NCBI GenBank assembly: GCA_002633005.1
Contig: NMRA01000253.1
Coordinates: forward strand, 532,710 to 596,709
Reading direction: 5' to 3'
DNA: 64,000 nt
Source: Phoronis australis
Taxonomy: Eukaryota > Animalia > Phoronida
Shown here one piece after another: positions 12,009 through 25,300 of this stretch. The stretch's first letter is position 1; every line of letters starts with the position of its first letter. The notes beneath the pieces are model-generated. The model worked only from the letters and a program-made list of their open reading frames with translations, made no database searches and was not told where the DNA came from. The translations under genes and the position numbers were made by a program.

Positions 12009-14753
12009 CTGAGGAGTATGAAAAGTTACGTCACACATTACACTCTTTCTAAGATTTAGCTGTCGACGAAAATGACTTGTGTGAAATGCATGTACAACGA
12101 ATCACATCAAAATAAACCAGACAATTTAAAGCCTTAATCTTTCAACAGAGTTTTGTTATTCGAAATGTATTGGGCTACTATACAGATCGTCCTTATAATG
12201 CTTTGGCAACATAAGAAAAGAACAAAAGAACGTTTAAACACCCAAACGCAGTCGTTTTGTCCAAAGCCCACGGTTCGGACCTGCTTAGGCTCACCCCTCG
12301 TCTCCCAAGGCTAGAAATTAAAAGTTGGGTTTGGTCAGTTTTAAAGCCAGTTATGTGAACTAAATAGGAGCGATTGTCGACAATAGTATTCAGTAGTTAT
12401 TTGAACTTGTTTTGAGTACAAAGGTGAGTCCATCTTGTTTCAACTCTGTTTTCCCCAAATATGGACGTCCTGCCACTTTGTAAGAACTTCGTTGTACTGG
12501 TCGAATTGTTTTGCTGAAAGTTTAAGGTCTCTTAGACAAAGGGAATTCTGGTTGGTAAGGGTATATTCTAGCCTAAATTTCTGGAATCCTATGGTCAAGA
12601 GCATTTAGAATCTTGTGTTCATTTTGTGACCAGAGCAGTAATCAATTTGTGATTTGGGGGAGAAAAAGGCCAAATTTCCATTTCTAGTCATGTTTCGGTA
12701 TCTGGATTATTTTCTGTGGACACCAAGTCCATTGGATTTCTTTATCTGCGAGAGATTCAATCGATCGTGCTTTATGCAAGTTATGCGATTCTGACAACTG
12801 CCATGGAATTTACTGTCATAAAAACTTTTCGCAACTCCGCTGTTTTTCAGCTGAATTGTCGAGAGCTATACAATGTATCGTGAAAAAGCCGTTTGTCAGT
12901 TCTTGATTATTAAGGTTGAAGCCAGATATAAATGTTTTAATTCATAAGTGCTTATCAGTTCGCATACCAGGCTGGTTTAAAAATATTTTTAATTCTAAAA
13001 ACCAAAAGTGTTACCAAAATGCGAAAAATAACAGAGTGCAATATAGTAACGTAAAAAAACAAATGAATCAGAGAGGTTAAATAAATGACTAGTTAAGCAA
13101 TTAAGGAAATAATATCAATAATTTAAAAGATTTCTACCCTATAAAGGCAAAGGTTTTAGAATAATGATCCCTCGCAATTGCGGTGGATAATTTAGTCAAG
13201 CAGACATCTAAAATTTTATGTCTTTATGTATTACAATTCACTGCAAGTTTGGGGCCGTTTGGTGCAATTACATTATTTTGTAAAATTCAGAATGCAGTGA
13301 CATTTACGAAAAATGCGATAAACTACTCCAACTATCTATCCGAAATGTTCACATAAAGGTTTTCTGCAAGATAAAAATGGGCATTAACGTACATGTATAT
13401 CACGTACCTTTGAAATACACTGTGGATAGCGCACCACAGTGGAGTGTAGGACTTTCCATAAAAGTTTAGATATATTTTTTTTCTTCAGAATGTGGTCCTG
13501 GTACAAGCAGTGTGTGTTTCCGTAAACAAAAGACACTGGAACACATTTTTACGATTGTTATATTACTAAAGACAGTGGACTCGGAAAAATAACAATATTC
13601 AACACCTGTTGTATAGTTGTCCTGGTCAACATTCAAGAAAGAAAAAAAAACGGGACAACGGGATTGAAAAGAGAGACTTCGCGATAAAAAGCGGGTGAAG
13701 TCTTCGTTGCAGTAGACAAAGACGGACTGATAGCGTTTTTTGCAGGACGGGAGAAGCAACACGCAAAGGTGCCTGACAGCGTTTTTTGTTGTCGCTGTTG
13801 TTATTGTACTGTTATGTTTTTATAGGTGAATGGGAAATTGCGGGTGTCGCAAAGTCCATGAAACGTTCCTTTTTTCTGTTTAGTCGAGCGGGAAAATATG
13901 TATATGTCACGTGGTACATGACTATATGATAATATATCAATTTGGTCGTGTGTCTAAAGCCGGCATTTAGAGTGCTGTGGCGGGATGGCGCAAAAAGTCA
14001 AAACAGTGGGACAATCCAATGTATGCGGTCAGCAACACAAAGTTCTGGATTGGGTACCTGACGACTTCTTGCACTAAACACAATAGAGGGTATCTAATGC
14101 TATGATAGGTTGTTCCGAGTCTGCGTAGTATGCTGTTTTGATTGGTTGTCCCGATTCCATTTACTTGTACATGTAGTATGCATCGATCAATAAATGCTCG
14201 TAACTGGAGATTAGCTAGTTAACCAATCGCCTGGTAGTGTTTGTGCGAGTTCTAATTTGGCAGCTGATCTACGGGTTTTTTTCTTTAATGTATCTGATAT
14301 GAAATTGATGATTTTAAGCACTTTGACGTGTATTTAGCTTCAAAGTGTTGGAAATAACAGTTTCATCAAGCGCACTACGTGTGAAGGGGGGAATTCTACT
14401 AAAAGTTGCATTGGATGTGCATGTGAGTACTTACGATCTGTTTGCCCGGGTAACGCTGAGTTAGAAAGGTCGCCAGGCTGCAATTAAAATGAATAATTGT
14501 ACGATTTAACTTCCGTACCATTCCGAAGACATTTCTGGGAACAAAGAACCCTACTGAAAGTAATTTCTGTTGCGTATTAGAAGGTCGGACACTATTGCTG
14601 TTACAACCAGTTTTGCGATATTTGTTGGATAAGAAAAACTTTTTGACGTTATTAGGTTTGACATTATTTTAGTAAGTTTATTACAAATCTTCAATCCTCG
14701 TCGATGTCTGCCATCTAAAATCTAGCAGAGACTAACAATTAAATGCGCGTTAA

Positions 14754-15003
14754 GGGACCGCCACATCTTTCTTAAAGTAGTAGGAGCGCGGAACTGAACT
14801 CACCAGCTCAGTGCTGGGAAGTAAAATGGTAAAGACACTGGCCTTAATTTAGGTGGAAGTCTGGCTATTTGTTGTGAAATAACCAAAATATAACGGATTT
14901 CGGTGTCTTAAAACTTCAATCAAAGCTAATAACTCCAAGAAATCCATGCCGTCCAACAATAGTCCCAAAATGGGTTTTCAGCCATTATCCAGACAATGTC
15001 CCT
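14754..15003. mobile_element. Possible Kolobok-like MITE
   Basis: TTAA|GGGAC ... GTCCCT|TTAA: TTAA on both flanks with a short inverted terminus; TIR very short. Confidence 0.35.
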
Positions 15004-15675
15004 TTAAATTACCCTGTCGTTTATCAAGAGGAGTACGGAGCGTTTGACTACAAACGCTAGGGTTCCAGGTTCGGTTCCACGCTGGTTCTAATCTCATGAC
15101 TTGATTTTCCTCGCCAATGACATCACTTTGATCACTAATTACCAAAATTATTCCTCAGCCATACTGTATTCAGACACTCTCCGTGAATTATACTGGGGTT
15201 AAAGTACGAGTTCGTGTTGAACTTCACGATTGCTCAAGCAATCTCAGGATTAAGCACGCGGTCGTGTTTGTGGGTAGTTTTATGCTACGTGTGGAAACTG
15301 CGAATAACATTTGCTCGACTTTGAGTCACATCAAATGGAAAAATGTTGATTCTCTGGTGGACTTTGTCCTCAGTCGCGGGTAGGAGCCTAGAAATATGCA
15401 CAAATTTGACCGTCTTCGGAACATCATGTCTTGTATTCGCACATTTCATTTTGAACATTTATATCGAAAGAAATTTGGTCAAGTTATTGATACCGCTGTT
15501 TTGCTATTAATGCATCTCTCTTTCGCTGCAGTTTGCTGAGAATTTAATCATGGTCCAGTGACTCAATTAAAAAAGATTGATAAAAATCAAACTTCAGTGG
15601 ACGGGCCTTCTGCATAAATAATTACTTTTACTGTGTTTCTTTTGATATTTGGTTAAATACACAGACGGGTCTTTG

Positions 15676-15784
15676 TGGTCCTACCATAGATATTAGTCTA
15701 TGGTCCTACCATGGATATTAGTCTATGGTCCTACCATAGATATTAGTCTATGGTCCTACCATAGATATTAGTCTATGGTCCTAC
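15676..15784. repeat. 25-bp minisatellite (tggtcctaccatagatattagtcta) x4 plus 9 bp, each unit forming a hairpin
   Basis: Directly visible; ACCATAGA-tattag-TCTATGGT stem-loop spans each unit boundary. Confidence 0.9.
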
Positions 15785-16244
15785 ATAACCTTAAAATCTT
15801 AACTGTTTGCAAGCGGCCACTTGAAATTTATCAGGAATACTAGTCACCCTGCAGATGCAGACGCGCTTTGAATAAAATATTGGGACGTCGACACCTTTCA
15901 CCTGATTTCTATTATCTGGGATTTTTGATAATCTGAATGTACGCTGCCTCTTAGTTCATCATACTGCTTGCTAATGATGGCTTTCGGTGAAACTAATTTT
16001 TTGGAATTTTAGTTTTTGTTTCTAAGAAGCCGGGTGCACTTCCGAAAGTGATTGGTATCAGTTAATTGTCAAAATCCTGCTTAAGTGTCATTTTATTTTC
16101 ACTGAGCACTAAATAAATTCATCAATGATAAGCGAGTCATACGTTCAAGGTATACATTTACACAACCTAGTTAGATAACCGGGTAAATTTCGCAATCCAG
16201 AAAGATTTTCTATCTTCAGATTACGGAAAAGCTGCACGATCAGA

Positions 16245-19200
16245 ATGTTTTTCATTTTGTTCGCGTTGTTTTCATGCGCGTTTGGCTTCTGTCATTCCGA
16301 TGGTCGCACATACTGCTTACCGACAGCACCCTGTTGGCCTTCGCAAACGGCAATCAATCAACTGGCAGCAACATTAACGGGGGACTTGGTGCAGCCTGTC
16401 GACCCTAAAGATGATGGGAAATTCACGCCCGGGACCTCCTACTACTGGGCAACCATGGGATTGTTGAAGAATCGCAGATTTTTGACAAAGCCTGGCATCA
16501 TTGTTGTGGTCGCCAATGACAACGACGTCAAAGACTGCATTAGTTTTGCACGGCAGTACAACATCAAACTGGCCGTCATTTCGTCTGGACATGATTATAT
16601 TGGAAGGTCTGTATAGCTTCCGTAAACTAACATTTCAAGTGTTCGCTTGGACCAATATTCACTTCATTTCGAAATATCAGTACGAAAGTCTGGATTCTGC
16701 AAAGGATTGTTTACGTTTGACATGGGGTGTTGAAGCAAGCATCAAATAGCGCAAAAATAGCACAGCTAACACCTATAATAAGTTAGAATATGCTTTGCAT
16801 CTGAATAAATAATTTACTGTAAATAAATGGAAATTCTTGTCAATAGAACACAATAGGTATACGGAATCAGTTGCGTCGTTGATGCCATAATAGTGTCTTT
16901 GTTTTAACAGGAACACAGCATACGGAAGCCTGCAAATTAACCTCTACAATCTGCGCGGTGTCAGTGTCAACGTCAGGGAGACACAGTACTCGGACGGAGG
17001 AACAGCGGTTCTTGGCGTTGGAAACAACTTAGCTAAAGTTTATGAAGAGGTAAAGCCGTCACCATGGAACAATTACACAGCATCGGCGTTGTTTAGCGCT
17101 GCTCTTTTATGTTATCAGTGATGTAATACTTTAATTTGATATTTAATTCATTTTGTTCTGTGTGTTAGATATTCGTCATAGTGATATTTAAGTAATTTGG
17201 CTTAACCGTTATTTGAGCAGATATTTTACAGAATTGTCGAGCACTAATTTGCCACTAAATACGCCTTACTTTTTAGTTTGTGAAAGATAAGTAGGGTTAT
17301 ATCTCGGCGTGCTGTAAGCTTACGTAAATATGGGACTCCGTACTGAACCGATGCATATTTGCTGTTACCTCTCATGTTTGATTGCAAGACTTCTCTTTCA
17401 TTAAGGTTAACTCAAGATTATGAGATGTTTGTTTTAGTCTTTAGGGTTTACGGAATTCTGTCTGAAAACTGACTGTGATAATTACAAGAGATCCCCGTTA
17501 CTGCACGAAGTTGCAAAAGAACCTTTACAGACCATGTCCGAACTGCTAAAATGAACCTCACGTCGAGACTTTTGGTTTGTTCTTGGGTTTAGAAAGGAAA
17601 AATAAAAACCCATTCGCTCTCTAGACACGCGAAGGCATTTGTATCAGTTTTTAAAGTGGTTGTTTGTAGACTTGACAAATGGGGTCGCAAAAGAAAGAAA
17701 CACGAGTCAGGTCAAGGTGTGCATCATTTTGAATAAAAAAGAATCAGAACGCACATGCGCTAAATAAGTCAAACGGAAGTTGTAAACTTCGAACTCGAAA
17801 TCAAGTGAGCGAGGAAGTAGTGTGGCCTAGAGTATGAATGTCTGCCTTCAAAAAGGGATTGAAACCAAAGACTGGTAAAGCAGGAAATAACGGATAGGTT
17901 GAGGACAATGGTTTTCATTATAAATTATTACACCAGTGGCGATAAAATCCTTCCATATAATTCTACGAGCTTATGTTTTCAGTTGTCGACTGTACACAAT
18001 CGTGTAGTAGTGGGTGGAGCTTCCCCTAAAGTAAGTTTTGGTGGATACACTCTCGGTGGCGGCCACAGTCCGATTACACGTATGAAAGGACTAGCTGTGG
18101 ACAATGTCATCCAGTTGAATCTAATCACAGCAAACGGTTCTACCGCGTTAGTCGACAAAGGCGGGTACAGTTTGACCGATTCTGAAGGCGTAACAACGTA
18201 TCATCAAGACCCGGACTTGTTCTGGGCACTGCGAGGTGGCGGTAAGTAAATATCTGACAGTGCAGGTCTTTTACAGGTAACTGCCAAACCAGGATTGATG
18301 TCTTGGTGTTACTTGTCGTGAACACCAAGAATGGGTGTTTCAAACGTTAGCTGCATCTTTGATGACGTCTTTCTGAATGCACCCAATATATTACTGTGTA
18401 AGACAACCTTGTGATCTGCATATTTTTAAGTGCAATCTAGATGTATGTTTACACCGTGTTCTATTCAAGGCGGTGGTACATTTGGCATCGTCACATGGAT
18501 CAAATACAAGCTTCATCTTCCTCCGGACCAATTTCAGTCGCTGAGTTGTGTTTGGGGGTTTGGGTTAAACCAACAGGATGCGACACCAGCTAAAGAGTTC
18601 TTAAAATTTTATGGAAAGTTTCTGCAAACATTTCCAAGAAGCTGGGGAGGTTACTTGTTGGTTGCTCCTCCCATACCACGTAAGTTACCATTTCTTTTTC
18701 ACTATAACGCCACGGTATTTCCTTGTCCCTCCCTCCTTCCCTCCCCCTTCTCTCTCTCTCTCTCTCTCTCTCNCAGAGGTCAAGGTTGCCACAACTGCCA
18801 ATATGGTATGTCTAGCTAGCAAGCGGAATAATTGAATCGACCATTACACTCGGTTATTCTTCGTTTTAGCAAGTGCACTGGTCTTGTGACATCGTTTTTA
18901 CAGTATACAACATCCCATATGGCTGGATAACACTTTCCCTAGTACACTGGGGAGACTACGCAGAGGCAATAGAATCATCCAAAGACCTCTTCAGCTGGCA
19001 CCCCGAGTGGGCTCGTCCAGAGGGCTGCCAGATATCCAATCACTCGTCTTTTTGGGACTACATCCACTTGAATAATGACACGGTATACGAAAGACAATAC
19101 ATCTTTAGTGCAAGTGTTCAGCCAGAGACATGGGCCACAAATTTCACTGATGACTTGGTGGATTCAATGATGTCTCTGGCTTCAAAGCTGATTTTTGTGG

Positions 19201-22135
19201 CGGGGACTGCGACACATGTAGGCGGTAAGTGTCGACCTGTGCATTCCTCTGCTTTTTTATTGCTGGCAGACACACATTAAGTGACTGAAGGTTCTAACCT
19301 ATTGATGACCGTCAGTCCGAACTGATTACCATACCATTTCTAACCTAACACTCTTTTTCCATAAAATGCGAGAAATATGATGCTTTCTAACATGTGGTAT
19401 AAAAGTTGCCATGTCGCTTCATCATTGCAGGTCGAGCCAAGGAGTTCCCTGGTAATTCATCATCTGTTGTATCCGGTTTCCGGTCCGCAGACCTCGCACT
19501 GACAATGGGGGTGGGACTGTCCCAACCAATGCCAGCAACAGATCCATACATCATGAACCAATCAAAAGAAGTTTCGTCAGTGGTAAGTCATAAAACAAGT
19601 TGATTTGAGATTCACAACTACGGTAAAATGTGGAAATATTCGAAAGCAACGTTTCTAAGTTTTGGTCACATATCATGCGATAGTCGATCCGTTCTTTAGA
19701 TGGCGTTCCATCAAGATGCCTTACGTGATCGGCCAATTTTTTATTGGACCATTAGCCCCTATTGGTGATTTTGGACGCAATATTAGCAAATCGCAAGACG
19801 AAAAATATCTTTAAAAACGGAGTAAAGACTCAGGTAGTGAGGGGAACGTTAGAGAAAAACATGAACGGCGATGTCAGGAACATTATAAAAATAATTTATT
19901 CTGCAGCAACTGTTAAGGGATTGATTGTCACGGACGAAAAATAGTTTACACTCAAAAAGGTGAGAAATTTTTAGTAATTCAAGTAATACGGAAAAAGTAC
20001 ATTCCAGTTTCTCGTCTTTATCACGAGTCGTCAATATCTAGTGAAGTGTATGGTGTTGTAAGTATTTCTTGAACTGTGAAATGGGCAGTGTTACAGAAAC
20101 AGCAAGACAAAATGACGTGCATCTAAAATATCTCCATGAGCCCCTGTTGCCCAATTGCCGACAGGAGATGTATTTCTCAATAAACCCCAAATGTAGCATC
20201 TGCGCCCACCAGTAAAAAACAAACACACGTGCAAAGTGGACATTTTGCGACATAACACGGCGCCATTTTTCTATCCCTTTATTTTCCCTTGCTTCTCTTC
20301 AACAGCGGGAAATTTTATTATTTTCCGAAAAATCATTTTCGTAAGATACGTAATTTAATTGGAAACAGTAAAAATAAATTGAAAAGCCTTCGTGATTGGT
20401 GTATTAAGCACTTGACATAGATGCAAGGTAATATTCGAGAATATTACATGTACGCTCAACAGGGCACCGAGGAACATTTCTATCGGTGAAGCTGCAGTCC
20501 CCAGTTTGCAGTTCACATTTTTTGTTACTCGAATAAATCCGCATTTTTCTGCAATATTGAACATTCATTCGTTATCATCCGGGCGTTTTGATGCAGGAAA
20601 TAGAAGCTTTCAACACGACACCAGTCGTACAATTCACGAAGGTGTAAACATGATGTATAAATAAGTTAGCCGAAGAACCGTCACTTTTCTAAAAGTCAGT
20701 CCTTCGGACAGTGAGTCTTTAGGAGAGAGAAAAGCAACACGTCGGTAGACAATCAACAAGACGGTATAGGTGACAGCAGGAAGTATCGAGACTTGTCTTG
20801 GTCACCAGTTTGATTACGTTAACTAACAGCAAGGCTACAGCAGACACCGCCGGCGCATGTTTTTGAAATTGATATTGGGCAGTTGTTGCACTAAGTGCCT
20901 CTATACAAGGGTGCGCGTCATTCTGAACTTACGAGAGTACTCTGAAGAAGATTGAAAAAGACTGTCTTTTGTTCAACAGCAGTTGTATTAAATTATTAGT
21001 GAGCAATTGTTGGCACTCTGCCGCTTTGATACCCAAAATATGCACTCACCTCTTCAGGGATTCATAACGAACATGTGACCACGTTTGGCTTAAAGCAACA
21101 GTTGCCTTTCTTAGAAAGAACACAGCTCAAAAATTGTACACGGTGCTGCCCAGTAGTATGGAAAACTACACAAGTCGTGCTCATTTTGTTTTTGAAGATC
21201 TGTTAACAAAAAGCGTTTATTTAATCAAAACATTAAGTTATGTACAAACCTCTACCAAAAGAAGTCCCACTTAGAAATGGAAATTTAAGAAAACATAGGA
21301 ACCGTCGAAATATCTCCAAAAAGACGGAATAATGGGAAGGTGAGGTAGGAATAGTAGATATAGCACCGCATAAATGACCGTTTCACGGTTCGTGATTTGT
21401 GGAAGATCCGTTCTCCGTAGAGGCGAGAATCCCTTAAAAACACAATAACGCGTAAAACTTCCGCGGGATTTCGCCATGTATTACAACATTGTTAGCGAGA
21501 TTCTTGCTTCAACCGAAGTTGCCGTTGTCTGGAAACGTAGATGTGCTTTCTGTTTTCATTGGTTGGTTTCATTTGGATGTAAAGTGACGTATCCGTCTTT
21601 GTTTAAAAGCGTAGATAAGTTCCCAGGTTACCTAGTTTGTCCAAACTGTCGGTTTTACACCTTTATACGATTTTATCGTTTGTGTCGTACTCGTTTGTGT
21701 GAAATTTTGGTTAAATAAATTAAATAAAACGTGACGTGAAGTTTAACGTTGGTCGACGGCAAAAATACACTCTACACCACATGCTGCTCCAATAGTGTGT
21801 CAAATTGACAAACTCATAGCGGATGACGCCACGGAGTACTGAAATATAAGTCCAATTTCTGTGCGAAAACTAGCTAATGGTACTGGACGGGCATTGGGGC
21901 AACTTATTATATTGCACGATGTAGATAATGAAGCCACGCTTTATTTTCATCTATAATTTTATAGATGTACAAATACATCAACAGCGGCTACTACAACGAA
22001 CCAGACAGTGAGAAGCCGGACTGGAAGACGTTTTACTGGGGAGACAAGTATCCCGCGCTCCTTCGTGTGAAACAGAAATGGGATCCTGATAACACGTTCA
22101 CCTGTCTACATTGCGTGGGCTCTGACCTTGTCTGA
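16245..22135 (+). CDS. Secreted FAD-linked oxidoreductase, berberine-bridge-enzyme/VAO family (FAD_binding_4 + BBE domains), ~537 aa
   Basis: Exons 16245-16606, 16911-17049, 17983-18241, 18470-18679, 18904-19224, 19431-19582, 21965-22135 (1614 nt, one open frame, GT-AG). Signal peptide MFFILFALFSCAFG; CLPTAPCWPS; SSGHDYIGR (covalent-flavin His); GGYTLGGGHSP...GLAVDNV; DLFWALRGGGGGTFGIVT; C-terminal GYYNEPD...YWGDKYPALLRVKQKWDPDNTF. Confidence 0.95.
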
Positions 22136-22339
22136 AACTGACTGTTATGAATTGTGGCTGGAAACAGAACCATTAGATCATATATTGGTTACTGTCGCTT
22201 TCTATCCCAATCAGGAAAAACGGATGCAATTTCAAACATAACAGTTGCAGTTTTTTTTTGGTCAAACGGCGCCCATGTCCTAGCTGAGAATAACTCACTT
22301 CAGCAAATTTATTACATGTGAAGAATGATGCCTTACATA

Positions 22340-25300
22340 AACAAGAGCAACGCGGGCCTTTGAAATGCTCCCACGAATGCACCGCAAACGGTGTGCTTCT
22401 TGGGATGTTTATTTGCATCATAAAAATGGCAACTAGATGGTCAAAATACTTTGAATCCATGCCAAAACGCGAAAATGTCACCGTATTATTAACAAAAAGC
22501 TATTTACCACATTTCATGAAAATCTGTCAAGAAAATACAGAGAAACAGAGGAAAATAGAAAAAAAATAAATTGCCACTAAAAGGCACAGCGTTCATCGGA
22601 TGCGTCTGAAAGTTGTAGGCTTCCGTTGTCAACTTCACATAAATATAGTTGCTTAACTTAATAAAAATCCTGTAGAGGGCTTATAGTCTCGACGCATTTC
22701 TGGGAAATGTGCATGTTAGAGGCATTTTTATTAAAAGTGAAGAACCTATCTTTTTAGCATAATTATGGTGTGCTGATTTCAATTATGCTTGTTCCCAAGC
22801 TGGGTTTTGAGTTTTTGACCATCTAATTTCCATAAACAAAATGGCCGCCAAACCAACAAGATGAGAAACATTCGTGGGACCAGGAGTACAATATGTGACG
22901 AATAATTAGGAAATTTGTGCTACAAAAACATAGTATATGTGTGTTTAGAGCACTTAATTTTGAGAACATATTAATGGACGTCATTAAATTCCCCAAGTAT
23001 GCTAATTAGCTTCTGCCATTACCGAAAAATTCAAATATCGGTGTAACTTTATCAATTTGCAGGCAAACATGACAAATAAAGTGTCTATACCTATGTTTTG
23101 AAGGTCTAGAAAAATCATTATGTGAAGCTTTTATTTCATCTTCACTAAGTTACAATTTATGCTCATTAATAAAGCCTGAAAATTAAATTAGAAATCATAA
23201 TTATCAATGCTTTTTTGCGAACATCTCACTATTTAGATTAGACATAAAAGTATTGTAAGCATAACAACATGACTTTTAGCTACTGTTGTAAAGAAATGCA
23301 TGGCCATATCGTCCCATTTTGGACAGGAACATACTGTTTTCAAAGTCGACCAAGCACTCTGCTGCAGATTAATGGAGCTTACGTGGTCGGTCCCAGAATA
23401 CCAAAATATAGTAATACAGTACATCGTTTAGTGGTTCTTCAAGTATCAATGAACTTCATCAAGGCCATAGAAGATGACATGAGTGATTCCGGAATAGCTG
23501 AGGTGTGTATAGAGAGTGCAGTACTTGGTCACGACCTATGGAACTGGTCCTCAGTGGAAAGTCGTACATCAAAGTTACAGCATGAGGGCACACAAAGTGT
23601 CTTTGCAAGCTCTGTGGCAATCCCTGGTGCCAAGCCTTCTCTCGTTCTTTGCAGAAGCGACTGTCATGCTTGTATTTCCAGTATGTCTGCAGATAATGAT
23701 CCATAGAAAATTCCGGAATTGATAACATTTCTCAGTCAGGATAAGTTCTGGGCATTTTGTCAACAGTAGGTCTGATGATGTGAATTTCAGCTTCTGGTGG
23801 AGTTACATGGACATGGTTCCAATATCGTTGAAGTACACATGCTTTCAACGGGATGGCATTTGGGAACTGCATCTCTATTCATTTACTCTCATGCTGCCCT
23901 ACCGAATTATGCCCGAGTGGGGTGCGGTCTTTTTAGTCGAGATGCATCAGCTTCCACAGTCTGTTTGGTCAGAGGTTCAAGCAGGAAATTTTGTAGTCAA
24001 GCGATCTTCTCATATGCTCTGTCAGGTAGATTCTGACCAATGGGTAAATGGGGCAGGCAAAACGGAGGTGGCATCATCGGTAATACCAAAACCACGTCAG
24101 CTCTATGGAGGTGGACACTCTCATTACATCTGACATGTCATATAGCTGAACAAACTTACCGCTGTGGGAGTACATAGTTTCTCAATGAAGCCACGAAAGC
24201 CAGGAAACTGTGTGAAAATAATGTCGAGAGTTCCCTTCTTTGCACTTTCCATGGATTGAAGGTCTTCTCGTCCGCAAGGCCTTAGCTGCTACAAACCCTT
24301 GCAACAAAAGACCTAGCAACAGCACCAATCCAAGAGTCACTTTTGCACACCAAGGAACTTGGACACGAACAAATTAAGAAATTTGTTCAAGACAGATTAT
24401 CATTGAGCAATGCGAAAATTGAGACATGTCAATTCTTGCACCTATGCGCAAAAATAATGCCCCCAACATTTGCCAACTTATATGATGTGGTGAAACAAAC
24501 CAAAGATAAAGATAAAGATAAGAAAATGGATCTTAAGGCAGACAGGGATGTACTTCGCTGTCTAGCTACGGCTCATGAGGCAGGTCGGCCAGTTGATTTG
24601 CTGTCTGTGCTCAAAAGCGAGCTTCTTCCAGTCCATGTTGTCTTGCAGAAACGATAGCGAAGCATTGCTGGTAGCTCTTGGGAAGCCTGATGGTGATGTG
24701 ACCTTCGAAAATTTGGCTGATTCATTCATGAAAACAGTGCTTAACACAGGATTTCGATATCATAAAATTGATATTGTATTTGACAGATACAGACAAGAAA
24801 CAATGAAGGACACAACAAGAAAACAGCGCAGTAAAGGAACACGGCAAATCAGGTGATTTCTGGAAGGCCGCGATGTACCTCTTCCTCAAAACTGGTCAAA
24901 TTTTCGGACACTGGCTGAGAATAAAGCAAACCTAGCACATTTCTTTTCAGAGGAACTGTGTTTGTAGACACCTGAAGACAAAAAGGTTATGGTTGCAGGA
25001 GGGTTTAAAGATGAGCTGAAAGTCATTTAAATCATCTAAGGATATGACTGATTTGAGGACTCTGAAATTCACACATGAAGAAGCATATGCAAGATTGACA
25101 CTGCATGCTGTCCACAGTCAGTCGTGTTTTCCAGACACACCCGATGTTCTACTGCTTCTGGTATCGCACTTTCAACAAATGCAATATGAGCATATCTGAC
25201 TTATGTCATATATACCTATTGAACCACCTTTCAACAAATTACTACGAGACTCACCAACATCCTTGTTTGCTTTTCATGCCGCGACCGGGCTTGGAACCAA

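Noticed and set aside
15035-15230. tRNA gene or tRNA-derived SINE (B-box-like GGTTCGGTTCC)
   Set aside because: No cloverleaf or clear A box; at best a decayed SINE head.
15676-15784. CRISPR-like palindromic repeat array
   Set aside because: No unique spacers, no cas genes, eukaryotic context.
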